This document shows positions 38,327-50,483 of a stretch of DNA of 64,000 nucleotides, in pieces; the stretch's first letter is position 1, and each line of letters starts with the position of its first letter. Origin of the DNA: an uncultured Planctomycetota bacterium (GTDB lineage Bacteria; Planctomycetota; Planctomycetia; Isosphaerales; Isosphaeraceae). Position numbers and translations under genes: made by a program. The DNA is taken from NCBI GenBank assembly GCA_963845755.1, contig CAWJTV010000034.1, positions 544,001 to 608,000 of the forward strand, given 5' to 3'. The notes under the pieces were generated by a model. It made no database searches, was not told the DNA's origin, and saw only the letters and a program-made list of their open reading frames with translations.

Positions 38327-40202
38327 TCACCGACCCGCTCCAAGCTTCGCGAACATCGGCGCCAGCGACTGCTCGTAATTTCTCCACCGGCCGACCGAAG
38401 TGAAGTAGATCGGCCGGCGGACCTGCGCGACGCTCGTCGTCCGGACCGGCCGCCGCGCCCGGTCGAAGTCGAGACAAACCGGGTCCCAATCGATGCCACA
38501 CCAGGCCAGGAGTCGACGCGACACTCCTTCCAGGTCGTCGACCATCGCCTCGTATTCCAGCTCGAAGATCGGGCTGGGTAATACGCGTCGCCAGTGATCC
38601 ATCACGCGACGATACTCGCTGATCCGCGAGGCGATATGGTCGGGGTCGCAGGCCCATCGCAGCTCGGCGAAGTGGGTCATCCAGCACGAAAGCGCCACGT
38701 CGCGCAGGTCGCGCCGGCAGTGGATCAGCCTGGCTCGCGGGAACATCGCGGCGATGAGGCCGAGGTAAAGCGTGTTCTCCGGCATCTTGTCGACGACCCG
38801 GTCCGCGTCGCCATCCAGGGCATCGAGAGCGTCGAGGTGGCGTTGGCCAAGAAGTCGGAGCGATTCGCGTTCCAGGTCCGGGACACAATCGAGGGGCGCC
38901 CGGTCGCGATGGCCCGTCACTTCGGGCAAGGTCTCGAACGCCTCGCGGACCAACCGCAGCTCGCCGGCACCGAACGCTCGGGGATGGCTGGCGAGGACCT
39001 GTTCGGCGAGGCTGGTGCCCGACCGCGGCATGCCGACGATGAAGACGGGCCGTTCCGTCTCCATGCCCAGATCTCGCACACGTTCGAAGAACGCGGGCGT
39101 GAACGTCGCGATCAACCGGTCGACGAACGACTGGTGCGATGCAGGATCATATCCCCGGCCCCGCGCCTGGAAGTCGTTTTTTTGCAGAGCATTGGCCTGG
39201 GTGAGGAGGGCGGCGGCAAGTTCGAATTCGCGGCGGGCGTCCCGCGTGTGGGCCAGGCCGAACAGGAGCGGCCACCGTTCACCAGCGGAGAGGTTGGGAT
39301 CGGCCAGGAGGTCCTCGATCGCGATCTGGTCCGCCGCGGAAAGTTTGTCCCCGAGCCGGGTCGCCAGCCGTGCCCAGGCTCCGGCGTGGCTCGGATCGTG
39401 CCCCAGCGCCTCACGAAGCGATGCCTGCGCCTCGTCCAGGTGGCCGAGTTCCTCCAGGACACCGCCCAGGCCGGCATGAGCCGCGGCCAGAGTGGGTTGC
39501 AGCCGGATCGCTTCGCGGAAACAGGCCGCGGCCTCGTCCAACCGGCCGAGTGTGTGCAGGACGTTGCCGAGGTTGGTGCGGGCCGCGTGGAATCCGGGGC
39601 TGAGGCGGACGGCCTCCTGACAGTGGACGAGCGCCTCCAACACCTCACCCAGGTCGTGGAGGATTATCCCGAGGTTGTTCCGCGCCTCGGCCGACGCCGG
39701 ATCCCGCCGCACCGCTTCGCGGAACTGCTCAAGCGCCGCGACCATGTCCCCATGGAGCCGCAGCGCGTTCCCGTAATTGTTCCGCGCGGCTACAAAGTCG
39801 GGGGCGATCCGCACCGCCTCCCGGAAGTGGATCAACGCCGTGTCAACGTCGCCCCGAGCCATGAATGTGGAACCGAGGTTACAATGGACGCCGGGACTCT
39901 CCGGCTCGAGCTGGAGCGCCGGCTCGGCAGCAGGCGATGACCTCGTCGAGTTGCCCCAGTGCCCAGTACGCCTCGCCGAGATTGGCGTGATAGATCGCCT
40001 CGGTCGGTCGCAGGGAGACCGCCCGGTGGATCAGTGCCGCGGCCCTAGTGGGATCCCCACGCTGGAGCGCCACCAGGCCCAGCAGGTGAAGGGCTTCGGG
40101 CTCGTCCGGATCCACGGCCAGAACGGCCTCGTAGATCCGCGCGGCCCGATCGAGGTCGCCCCGTTCGTGGTATGCCAGCGCCTCACTCAAATCCACGGCC
40201 AT
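38327..40202 (-). CDS. TPR-repeat sulfotransferase family protein (frameshift near 39920)
   Basis: N-terminal TPRs (ALHLLGLVALQRG, ARNNLGIIL); PVFIVGMPRSGTSLAEQVLASHP, VVDKMPEN, IHCRRDLRDVALSC, QVRRPIY. Confidence 0.9.
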
Positions 40203-40440
40203 CGTTCACAAGGATCCAAAAGGGGAGAACGTCGCTCGGATTTCCGCTCATCGTACGCTTGGTCCCTTCAGCCTGCCAGCGATCGAGGTTGTCGGGAAGT
40301 CGCGGCGCAATGCCGTTGCGGCTGCCGGAGGGATGAGGTTTTGACCGCTCGGCTCGATGGCCGGTAAGATCGTATGGCATGGCCAGTGTGACGATCGAGT
40401 TGACACAAGACCGAGCAAGAACCAACGGAGGGCCGGCGAC

Positions 40441-41010
40441 GTGGTGCCCGCGAAAGACTTCAAGCGACGGATGGTCGTCGAGATCGACGGCACACCGCAC
40501 ATGATCGAGCAGATCCAGGTCCAGACGCCTTCGGCCCGCGGCGCGGCCACGCTCTACAAGATCAAGGCCCGTAACCTCAAGACGCAAGCCCGGGTCGAGA
40601 AGTCCTACCGCGGCACCGATGCGCTGAATGAGTCGAGCTTCGAGCGACGGGACATCCAGTATCTCTACCGCGACGCCGACGCGCTGCACTTCATGGACTC
40701 GGCCAACTTCAACCAGTTCTCGATCACGGCCGAAGAACTGCGCGACCAGGTGCCGTTCATGACCGAGAACATGGAGGGAATCCAGGCCATGGTCGTGGAC
40801 GACGAGGTGATCGCGATCGAGCTGCCGGACACGGTCGAGCTGCCGATCGTCGAGACGACGCCCGGCGTCCGGGGCAACTCGGCGACCGGCCGCACCAAGC
40901 CCGCCACCCTCTCGACCGGGTTCGTCGTCCAGGTCCCGGAGCACCTCGACCAGGGGGTAACCGTCCGCGTCGATACCCGCACGGGCGAGTACCTGGGACG
41001 GGCGGGGTGA
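40441..41010 (+). CDS. yeiP: elongation factor P-like protein EfpL (YeiP)
   Basis: EF-P fold with the loop QTPSARGAATLYK (EfpL-type rather than PGKG), NSATGRTKPATLSTG, VDTRTGEYLGRA; GGAGG upstream of GTG 40441. Confidence 0.8.
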   Translation: MVPAKDFKRRMVVEIDGTPHMIEQIQVQTPSARGAATLYKIKARNLKTQARVEKSYRGTDALNESSFERRDIQYLYRDADALHFMDSANFNQFSITAEELRDQVPFMTENMEGIQAMVVDDEVIAIELPDTVELPIVETTPGVRGNSATGRTKPATLSTGFVVQVPEHLDQGVTVRVDTRTGEYLGRAG

Positions 41011-41031
41011 GAGTCGGCCGGGCCGTTCCCT

Positions 41032-44000
41032 TCATTCGCCGCGCGCGAACGGCTCGGCCGGGAAGACCAGGTCGAGCATCAGCAGTCGGAAGTCGGGCAG
41101 GTCGCGGAGCGGGTCGAGGGCAGATTCCCGCTTCATGGCGTCGGTGTAGCGGTAGCCCTGGGCCCCGGCCTTGTGGAGCAGGGTCATCGCCATGTCGGCC
41201 TCGGTCTCGCCTTCTGCGGCCGAGAACCCGGCCTGCGCGCGACCCGAGGCGGCGGCCAGCGCGGCGTGGCAACAGGCAAGCTCGTACCACTCCTCCGCCG
41301 TGGGCGATGGCAGGCCCTCGTACAGGGTGATGGCCCTGCGAGTGTCGGCGACCGCCCCGGCGGCGTCTCCGCTGGCCAGTCGCGTCAGCCCGAGCCGGCG
41401 GATGCTGTAGGCCAGGTGGCTGCGGTACATGGTCAGTGCGGGGTTGGCTTTGACCAACTCTTCTCGGATCGCGATCGCTTTTTCATAGCCCTGCCGCGCC
41501 TCGCCGAACCGATGGAGGACGCGGAGGACGTCTGCGGTATTCGTGTGGCCGCTCGCCAGGGCGTTCTGGAAATACGGAAGGCCGGGGTTCTCGTCGGCCA
41601 GCTTCTGGTAGATCGCTCGTGCCTGTTCAAGTTCATTCAAGGACTCGACGGGTTCACCGCTACCCAACAGCAAAATGCCCATGTTGAGGTGGTTGAGGGC
41701 CATGTCCCTCCGGAACCGCAGGTAAGTCGGGTTCTCGTCGGCCAGCCTCCGCCGGATCGCCAGCGACCTCCGCAACGAGGCCAGGGCTTCGGCCGGCTTG
41801 CCAATCTCCATCAGGTACACGCCGATGAGCTCGTGGCTGTACGCCAGGCTGCTCTGGAACGGGGAAACGGCGGGGTTTTCATCAACCAGCTTCTGCAGGA
41901 TCGCCAAGGCCTCGCGATAAGACTTCAGCGCCTCATCAACCTTTCCCGCATTCCGCAGCAGCGAGCCGATCTCGTTGTGGCTATGAGCCAGGTGGCTCCG
42001 GAACTCGGTGACGGCGGAGTTGTCGTCGACCAGCTTCCGCCGGATCGCCAACGCCTGGCGATGGATATCCAGCGCCTCGGCCGTCTTGCCGATCCTCGAC
42101 AACAAGAGGCCGATGTTGTCCTGGGTGTTCGCCAGATTTCTCCGGAAATCGGTGACTGTGGGGTTCTCTTCGGCCAGCCTTTGCTGGATCTCCAGCGACC
42201 GGCGATACGACTCCAGCGCCTCGGCCGTCTCGACGGTATCGGCCAGCACAAGGCCGATATTGTTGTGGGCGTTCGAGAGTCGGGTCCGGAACTGGATGTC
42301 GTTGGGGTTTTCGTCGGCCAGCTTCTGCCGGATCGCCAGCGCCTGGCGGAAAGCTGCCATCGCGTCGGCCGTCTTCCCCGTGCTCCTGTGCAGGGCCCCG
42401 AGCTGGGTGTAAACCAGGCCGAGCCAGTGGCGACGATCTTCGGAACCCGGGCCGGAAAGGGGCAGGCCCTCGATTAGTTCGCGCGCTTCCTCGAAGTGCG
42501 CGAGGGCCTCGGGCGGCTTGGCCATCGCAAGGTCCAGGATCCCGACCGCGTACAGGCTCCTGGCCACATCGAACCGGGCCTCGACTTCGGCGGCGGACAC
42601 CGAGGCCAGCTCGCGACGAATCGCCAGCCCCTTCTGGTGAGTCTCGAGCGCCGCGACCTGGTCGCCGATCTTCTGGGTCAGATCGCCGAGCTCGAAGTAA
42701 GCATTCCCCATCGACACGCGCGAGGCGCGGTCGAGCTGATCCTTGAGCAGGCCTTCCAGCTTGCCGTAGAACTCGGCGGCGCCCTTGAGGAGCTTATCGC
42801 GCAGCGGCTTGAATTGGTCGGCCTTGAGCACCAGGTCATCGCCGACCTCGCCGTGGAACAGCTTGATCGCCTCCATCGCCAGGTCGAACCGCTGCTTCTC
42901 GCGTATGTTTGCGCGTGCGAGCTCGCTGTTGGCCTGCTGGAGCCGGCCATTGGCCCGAGTCTGCACGGCGAGCACGGCTCCGGTGCCCGCCAGGGCCACC
43001 AGCACCGCGGCCGCCAGTGAAGTGACCGCCGTCCGGTGCCGCCGCGCCCACCGCCGGGCGCGGCGCGACCACGGCTCACGCCAGGCGGTCACCGGCTCGT
43101 CGGCCGCCCACCGCTCCAGGTCCTCGGCCAGCCCACGACAGGAGGCGTAGCGATCCTCGGGTTTCGTCGCCATCGCCTCGAGGCAGACCGCCTCGAGCGC
43201 CTTGTCGATCGACGGGTCGAGCTGGCGCGGCCGGGCGAACTCGCCGCGCTGCACCTTGCGGAGCACCTCGCCGATGTCGTCGCCCTCGAAAGGCGACCGC
43301 CCGGTGAGCAGGCAGTAAAGCGTGGCACCCAGGCTATAGACGTCCGACCGCGGCCCCAGCCGGTCCAGTTCGCCGCAGGCCTGCTCGGGGCTCATGTAGG
43401 CCGGGGTTCCCAGCGCGCTGCCGGGCAGCGTCTCGGCGCTGCCGCTGGCCGAGCTCGGCATCAGCGTTCGCTCCCCGGTGTCTCTCCCGGGTTCAATCCG
43501 GCCCAGCGGCTTGGCCAGGCCCCAATCGACCACCAGCGTCTCGCCGTGCTTGCCGACGATGATGTTCCCCGGCTTGATGTCGCGGTGCAGCACGCCGCGG
43601 CTGTGCGCGTAGTCGATCGCGTTGCAGACGTCCGTGAATCGTCGCAGGAGCTTGCGCAGTTCCAGCGACCGGCGGCCGGGGTTGCCCTTCAGAGCCTCGT
43701 CGGCGTGGAAGTGTTCGATGGCCTCCTTGAGGCTGTCGCCCTTGATGAAACGCATCGCGTAGTAGGGGCGGCCGCCGTCGTACGTGCCCAGCCCATAGAC
43801 CGGCACGATCCCGGGGTGTTCGAGTCCGCCGGTGATCTCGGCCTCGATCAGGAACCGTTGTCGGCTGGACGGGTCGTCGGCGTGGTGCTCGAGGATTTGT
43901 TTCAGCGCCACCTCGCGGTTCAGTTCGGAGTCCAACGCCACGAACACCGCCCCCAGCCCGCCCCGAGCATGCGGCCGGAGTACGCGAAACCGCTGACCGT

Positions 44001-44391
44001 CACTGGTGGCCGATCCGACGGCGTACGACGCCGTGCGGTCCGCGTCTTCGTCGTCGGTCGGGACGTGTGCCGACGGGACATGACCCAGCGTCGCCTCGAT
44101 CTCCGGGTCGCCGATCCGTGCCAGTCTCTCTCTTGTCGATCTGCCGGCCGAGACCGCGGCGAGGCTTTTCTCCACGTCGCCGCCATGGGTTTCCAGGTGA
44201 ACCGCAGCCAGCGCCTCCAGGAGCGCCCGCTTGGCGGGGGTGAGGTCGCCTCGGGCTTCCAGATGGTCGGCCAGGCTCCGGGACTTGTCGAGCGTCCAGG
44301 CCTGGAAGGCGGCCACAAGCTGGCCCTGGTTGATGATCCCGTTCTGCAGCGCGAGCAGTCCGAAGAGGAGATGGCGATCGGCGGCGATCAT
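41032..44391 (-). CDS. membrane Ser/Thr protein kinase with C-terminal TPR repeats
   Basis: MIAADRHLLFGLLALQNG leader; HARGGLGAVF, VALKQI, LHRDIKPGNI, VDWGLAK, GTPAYMSPEQ; TM helix; repeated ALAIRQKLADENP TPRs. Confidence 0.93.
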   Translation of the reverse strand: MIAADRHLLFGLLALQNGIINQGQLVAAFQAWTLDKSRSLADHLEARGDLTPAKRALLEALAAVHLETHGGDVEKSLAAVSAGRSTRERLARIGDPEIEATLGHVPSAHVPTDDEDADRTASYAVGSATSDGQRFRVLRPHARGGLGAVFVALDSELNREVALKQILEHHADDPSSRQRFLIEAEITGGLEHPGIVPVYGLGTYDGGRPYYAMRFIKGDSLKEAIEHFHADEALKGNPGRRSLELRKLLRRFTDVCNAIDYAHSRGVLHRDIKPGNIIVGKHGETLVVDWGLAKPLGRIEPGRDTGERTLMPSSASGSAETLPGSALGTPAYMSPEQACGELDRLGPRSDVYSLGATLYCLLTGRSPFEGDDIGEVLRKVQRGEFARPRQLDPSIDKALEAVCLEAMATKPEDRYASCRGLAEDLERWAADEPVTAWREPWSRRARRWARRHRTAVTSLAAAVLVALAGTGAVLAVQTRANGRLQQANSELARANIREKQRFDLAMEAIKLFHGEVGDDLVLKADQFKPLRDKLLKGAAEFYGKLEGLLKDQLDRASRVSMGNAYFELGDLTQKIGDQVAALETHQKGLAIRRELASVSAAEVEARFDVARSLYAVGILDLAMAKPPEALAHFEEARELIEGLPLSGPGSEDRRHWLGLVYTQLGALHRSTGKTADAMAAFRQALAIRQKLADENPNDIQFRTRLSNAHNNIGLVLADTVETAEALESYRRSLEIQQRLAEENPTVTDFRRNLANTQDNIGLLLSRIGKTAEALDIHRQALAIRRKLVDDNSAVTEFRSHLAHSHNEIGSLLRNAGKVDEALKSYREALAILQKLVDENPAVSPFQSSLAYSHELIGVYLMEIGKPAEALASLRRSLAIRRRLADENPTYLRFRRDMALNHLNMGILLLGSGEPVESLNELEQARAIYQKLADENPGLPYFQNALASGHTNTADVLRVLHRFGEARQGYEKAIAIREELVKANPALTMYRSHLAYSIRRLGLTRLASGDAAGAVADTRRAITLYEGLPSPTAEEWYELACCHAALAAASGRAQAGFSAAEGETEADMAMTLLHKAGAQGYRYTDAMKRESALDPLRDLPDFRLLMLDLVFPAEPFARGE

Positions 44392-44823
44392 GGCGAGGCT
44401 CCGCTCCAACACGTTGTCCCCAGCAGGCGCGAACACGGGAACGGTGCCCGATCGCTTGGGGAATGTCGCGACGGAGTTAGTATCGCAGGAACGAACGCCC
44501 CGGACAGCCCACGGCACACGCCCGCTCGAGGATTCGCCCCGTTTGAACGATTTTCGACAGGATCGGTTCGGGATGCTGATCGAGCGTCAAACTCGTGGAC
44601 TTTCCGACGCGACTCCAGGCTGACCGAGCTTGTTGCCGACGTCATATCCCGGGCGGCCAGGGTGAACGCGACCCGCCAAGGTCGCGGACTTTCGACCTGT
44701 GTATCTCTTCCGCTCAGACCAAGAAGCGAGTATGATCCTTGCCGGTATTCGGGCGCTCTGCATCGATTGGCTTACGGACATGGGACCAAGCGGGGCGCCG
44801 GTGCAATGCAACAGGAGGTTGCC

Positions 44824-45495
44824 ATGCTGGCATATCGTACCAAGCGGATGTTCTACGTCGTCGCCGGGCCCTTGATGTGGGCCAATGGTGCCATCTACCG
44901 CTCGGTCCGCTCCCCACGGCCGGGAACAGAGCTCGTCAAGGTACAGCTTGGGCCGGGCCAGAAGAATTATCTGCCCGGCTGGGTCAACGTCGACGCGAAC
45001 CTCTTCACCGGGAAGTGTGACGTCTGGGCCGATTTGCGAAACCCGCTCCCGTTTCGCGATGAGAGCGTGGATGTCTTCTACTCACACCACGTGATCGAGC
45101 ATCTGCCCGACCTGGCTTTCCATTTCTCCGAGCTGTTCCGCTGCCTCAAACCCGGGGGGATCTTCCGCGTGGGCGGCCCCAACGGCGACAACGCGATGCG
45201 AAAGTACCTGGAGGGGGACGCCGACTGGTTCATCGAGTTCCCGGACCGGCGGAGCAGCCTGGGAGGTCGATTCGAAAACTTCATCTTCTGCCGCCGAGAA
45301 CACCTGACGATCCTGACCTACTCCTGGCTTCAGGAGCTGGCCGCGGGTGTGGGTCTCGGGAACATCCGCGCCTGCCAGCCCGGCAGGGAGACGGATTATC
45401 CCGGACAGATCGATGCCGCCGTGCTGGCGTTGGAGCCCGAGACGACTCCCGAGTGCCCGCACACCCTGATCGTCGAGGGGCGGAAGCCCTCTTGA
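44824..45495 (+). CDS. class I SAM-dependent methyltransferase domain protein
   Basis: VQLGPGQKNYLPGWVNVD, DLRNPLPFRDESVDVFYSHHVIEHL, RCLKPGG. Confidence 0.8.
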   Translation: MLAYRTKRMFYVVAGPLMWANGAIYRSVRSPRPGTELVKVQLGPGQKNYLPGWVNVDANLFTGKCDVWADLRNPLPFRDESVDVFYSHHVIEHLPDLAFHFSELFRCLKPGGIFRVGGPNGDNAMRKYLEGDADWFIEFPDRRSSLGGRFENFIFCRREHLTILTYSWLQELAAGVGLGNIRACQPGRETDYPGQIDAAVLALEPETTPECPHTLIVEGRKPS

Positions 45496-45533
45496 CGGCG
45501 GAATGAGCGGGATTGATCCTTCCACTGCGCCCT

Positions 45534-48423
45534 TCAATCCGGTACGACCGCGTATTCGCGTCGTCCCTTGCGGACGACGATGCGAGGCGCGAGCACCTCG
45601 CGGGTGCGGCGAAGCAGCCAGTGGCCGCAGGGGACTAACAACGGCCGGACCAGGGTCGCATCGATGAGGATGCCGACCACCAGGGCGAACCCGAGCTGGC
45701 GGAGTGAGCCCAGTGGGCTGAACAGGAACGAGGCAAAGCTGGTGGCCGTGATCAACGCGGCTGAGCTGATCAGGCCGCCGGTCTGCCCGATCGCCCGGAC
45801 GATCCCGCGACGGAGTCCACGCCTCTGGGACTCCTCGTTCAGGCGGGTCATGAGGAAGACGTTGTAATCGACCCCGACGGCGACCAAGAGCACGAACAGG
45901 AAATACGGCACCTTCCAGTCGAGACCTTCCGCACCCAGAATCGTGACGAAGACCAGATGGGTTGTGCCCAGGGCAAAGAGGTACGTCAGCACCATGGTCG
46001 CTACAAGGTTGAAGCACGACAGCGGGTCGCGGAGGGCGACGAGCAGCACCAGGAACACGCCCACCGGGACGATGAACCAGCTCTGAACCTGGTCGGCGCG
46101 GGTCAGGTCGCGGATGTCCGCCGATTCGGCGTTGGCGCCGGCGACTCGCGCGGTGACCTGGATCCCCTCGTATTCACCCAGGAAGTCGTTGAGGCGGCGC
46201 CGGAGGGTCAGGACCTGGTTCATCGCGTCATTGGAGAAGATCCGGTCGGCCTGGGTCAGGTCGATCCGCGCGGTGGCCGTCGGGCGTGATGTAAGCGGCG
46301 AAGCTCTGGAGCAGCTCGGGATGCTCGTGTACGGTCTGGTCGTCGATGAGGAGTCGATCCAGCGCACGGCGGCCGACCGGATCGTTGAGGATCTCGGCGA
46401 CCTCCCGACGGGCGCGGCCGGCGCCCTCGGCGATCTGCGAGGCACCTTCAGCGGCCCGCGTCAATTCGCGCAGCAAGACCTCCTGAGGGCTCTCGATTCT
46501 CGGCGTGACCGCGGGTTTCGGCTTGATCTCACCGGCAAGGATTCCCGCCGCATTGCCCTTCGCCGGCGCAGGATTCGCACCTTCCACCGGAGCGGCCGGC
46601 GTGGGCTTCGAAGCCTTATCGGGTTTCTCCTTCGATCGGAGTATGGCCTGCGGGTTGAGGGCCTCGAAGGCGCGGCTCAGCGCCGGCAGATTCATGGCCG
46701 CCGGCATCCCCTGGCTCAATTGCATGACGGCCGATGCCTGGTTCAAGCCCGAGGCCAGCGTTTCGCCGGTGGCCTGGGCGCGGGCGACCGACGGGTCGGA
46801 CCGCGGCGTCGTGCCATCAAGGGGCTTTCCCGTCAGCGGTAGCCCGGTTGCCTCCTCCAGCCAGATGGCGGCTCGCAGCTTGGCCGCACCCTGGGTCAGC
46901 CCCTTGCCGAGTTGCTCGGCCCCCGCCTGGAGCAGGCGGAATCCGGCATTCACCTCACCGAGTCGAGAGCTCAGCCGGGCGCGCGAGAACGGCTGCGGGC
47001 TCCCCAACGGTTGCGTCGCGGAGCGCACCTCGTCGAGCCGGCGGTGGTGCGACAGCAACCGACTGATGTCGTCGATCAGCGCCAGGCCCTCCGAGTTGCG
47101 AAAATCGGCGTTCGACTCGAGCACGACCGTCAAGGGGGCCAGCATCCCCGGCTCGAACTTGGAGGCGACCAGCCGGAAATCCTCCACGGACTGCGTGCGT
47201 TTCGGCAGCTCGGTCATCAGGTCCTGGATAAACCCGGTCCGCAGCGCCAGCAGGGACAGCGGGAGCATCGCGAGGATCGTGAACAGCCAGCTCCGCAACG
47301 GCCGCGCCATCGCCGCGGCGCCGAGCCGATCCCAGAGTTCCGTCGAGGTGCCCGCCAGGCCGTCGAAGGCCCGCGGGTGAATCCGCGCCAGCAGGACCAG
47401 GAGCGCCGGCGTCAGGCTCAGCGTTGCCAGGAGCGCCAGGCCCAGCCCCATGGCCACGCTCGGCCCCGTGCTCGAGAACAGCTTGAACTTGGTCGTGCCC
47501 ATAAGGAGCAGGCCGATCATGATGGTCCCGGCGCTCGTGACCAGCGGCATGAACGATCGCGACAGCGTCGCCCGCATCGAGCCGACCGGGTTATTCCGGT
47601 TGAGATGCTCGGCGAACCGCCAGGAGAGGAACAGGCAGAAGTCGGTCCCGGTCCCGAATAGGATCGCGATCAGGAACAGCTCGACCAGCGACGAGACCTC
47701 CCAGCCGCCCCGGATCGTCCAGGCGAGCAATCCTCGCGCGATGATCACGCTGAGACCGATCGTCACCAGCGGCACGAGCGCCAGCCAGAACGATCGGTAG
47801 ACCAGCAGCAGGACGATCATCAGTAAGACGACCGTCGCCACGGCGGCCCGGTCGAGGGACGTCTTGACGTTGGCCATGTAGTCGCGCCCGATCACGGCGT
47901 CGCCCGTCCATCGGATCTCGAGCCCGGAGGGGACGCCGAGTTCCGCGGCGTGTGCCTGGTGCTTCATCCATGCGACCGCTTCGTGCGACGCCGGCGCGAC
48001 GAACGACGAGGCCAGCGATACGGCCACCAACATCAGCGTGCCATCGTGGCTGACCAGTCGCTGGGCGATCTCGGGGATCGCGCCCGGCCCGATCACGCGG
48101 AGGACTTCCCCCGGGCGGCCATCCGCCTCGAATCGCCGGGATAACCTCAGGGCGAACTGCTTGTCGGCATCCGTCAGCCCGGCCGGCCGGTGCAGCACCG
48201 CCACGACCAACGACTCATACGCCTGGTCGGGCCAGCATTGACGGACCAGCTCGGCCGCCCGGCGGCTCTCCGCGCCCGACGCCAGCATCCGCGCCTGACC
48301 CTCGGCCGCCAGACGTGTCAGATCGGGGGAGAACCAGGCAACGACCCCGGCCGCGATCAACCAGGCCGCGACGATCCAACCAGGCTTGCGGCAAACGATC
48401 GTCCCAATGACGTCCAGCGACAT
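45534..48423 (-). CDS. MMPL family (RND superfamily) transporter (frameshift near 46275)
   Basis: WTGDAVIGRD, LFGTGTDFCLFL, VAVGVDYNVFLMTR, GLISSAALIT, GILIDATLVRPLLVP. Confidence 0.88.
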
Positions 48424-48696
48424 CTCTCGACCACTCCGGGAGACCTGGGTCGCCTCGCCCCGGTTTGCCGTCTCCGGTTTTCCGTGTCCAGAATCGGAAG
48501 GTCTACTTGCTGAACGCGGAACACCGCGGCGAAGCGACGGTTTTCGCAATTTCCAGGGTTCAGGATCATCCGGGCAATCCGGAGATGTTCCGAGCAAGAG
48601 CTTGTCCAATATACAAACTTTTCATGCCCGAGATCAAGCAGAGTTGGTGTGCAGGCAGGCGGCACCGGTGCGTAAAAAATTCCGTTTGCACACATT

Positions 48697-48999
48697 TTAG
48701 CTCGCGGGCTTCGGGTCTGACTTCGTCTCGCCGGCCGGCGGGAACAACGCTCTGACCTCCTCGGACGGGCTGACGGGCACGATCTCGAACTCGACGAGAT
48801 CCCGCCATTGCAACACCCACCTTTGGAGGAGTATCGTGTCGTCGCATTCCATCAGTTGAAAGCACCGGTCGAAGTTGGCATCGACCCAGCTATCGACGTA
48901 ACGGAGGCCCGCCGGGAGGGCGCGGTCTTGTTCGCGAAGGCGGGCGTAGATCGGAGCCGGGTCGCGGTCCTTGAATCGCTCGATGACCATGAAAAGCAT
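48697..48999 (-). CDS. DUF3303-like small protein
   Basis: MLFMVIERFK...LPAGLRYVDSWV...RCFQLMECDD...W.DLVEFEIVPV. Confidence 0.75.
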   Translation of the reverse strand: MLFMVIERFKDRDPAPIYARLREQDRALPAGLRYVDSWVDANFDRCFQLMECDDTILLQRWVLQWRDLVEFEIVPVSPSEEVRALFPPAGETKSDPKPAS

Positions 49000-49056
49000 C
49001 TGCGCTCCCAGGATTCCGGGGTGGTGTTCCTCGATCGGTGTCGCCGCTTTGGGAAG

Positions 49057-50429
49057 CTACGGCGCACCCGCGCCGCGATCGGAGCGGGAGGCTTCGGCCG
49101 CCGCCCGGTCCGCGCACCACGGATGATAATCATTGCAAAAATCGATCCGTTCGCCGATGCTCGGATGGCTGGCCCGGAAGACCTTGTAGAACAGGCCGGG
49201 GCGGGGGTTGCCCAGGTTCTCCGCTTGCATCTTGGCGAACGCCTGGGCGGAGGAATGGTTGGCCCGGGTTAGATCGAGGGAGTACTTGTCGGCCTCGTGC
49301 TCCTGGTGCCGACTGTAGGCCAGGGCGACCGGGCTCAAGATCAGTGACGCCACTTCGATCAGCATGAGGACCAGGGGCACCGAGGCGATGTCCGAGAGCC
49401 GATCGAAGCCAAGCCGTCGGGAGTACCGCGCGATCAGCCAGCTTCCCGCACGGTACACGAAATACAACCCGGCGAGAACCACCAGAGAGCCGAGCAGGAT
49501 CGACCGGACGACGTGGCCCAGCACATAGTGACCCATCTCGTGACCCATGACCGCGAGCACCTCGGGCTCGTCGAATTTGTTGAGCATCGTATCCCACAGC
49601 ACGATCCGTTTTGTGCCGAGGACACCCGTCACGTAGGCGTTGACGGCGTTGGTATCGACGCTCTTCTCGACCTCGAACACCCGGCTGCCGTTGATCCCCC
49701 GCGCTCGGCCAGCGCCAGGATCGACCGCTCCAGCGCCTGGTTCTTCATCGGCCCGAACTTGTTGAAAAGGGGATCGATCCAGATCGGCTCCACCATCATC
49801 GTCGCGAACAAGAATGGCACCGCGAGCAGACCGGTGTAGAGCCACCACCGCCGAGGGCTGCGCGCGATGAGCAGGTAGGGCACCCAGGAAAACGCGAACC
49901 CGACCGCCATCATCACGGCCAGCCCGATCACCTTGTCTCCGAACCATTTGCCCAGGGTCTGGTTCGACAGGCCGTAGGCATGCAGGCGCAGATACCCCTG
50001 ATAGAAAGACAGTGGCAGATTGACCAGGAAGACAACCGCCAGATAGAGAAGCACATAGAGGCCGACGCTGAGGAACCAGTTGCCTCCCAGGCGCTGCGCC
50101 AGGCTTCGCAGTCGCGCCGAGGCTCCCGAGAAGGCCAGGGTCCCGGTCAGAAGGATCGCCCAGACCACGTTGAAGACCCATAGCCAGTTACTCGTCCGAT
50201 AAAACTCCATCGCCTTCGCGCTGGGTTCGGGTACCGGGACGGGCTGCAGCTCGTCCGGCCTCGTCGGCGCGGAAACCCTCGCGGCGCCCGGCGATCCCGG
50301 GCTCTCGCGGTCGGACGACTCGGTTTGCCCGAGGCTCGGACAAGCCACGAAGACAAGTAGCGTACCGGCAAGGACGAATGCTTTTTGGAATCGGTTCATC
50401 AGTCTTGGGAAGATTGCGCGATTCTTCAT
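49057..50429 (-). CDS. Ste24/M48A-like integral membrane metallopeptidase (frameshift near 49700)
   Basis: Signal peptide; LPLSFYQGY..HAYGLSNQT; WIDPLFNKF; NAYVTGVLGTKRIVLWDT; VMGHEMGHY; SRHQEHEAD; SHPSIGERI. Confidence 0.88.
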
Positions 50430-50483
50430 CGTGATAGGGGATCCGGACTCTCGAATCCGGAATCGTCGCCCCACTCCATCCCC

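Noticed and set aside
43036..44823. N-terminal part of the 819-aa plus-strand ORF as a fusion with the methyltransferase
   Set aside because: It is antisense to the kinase; only the part from about 44824 has a recognisable domain.
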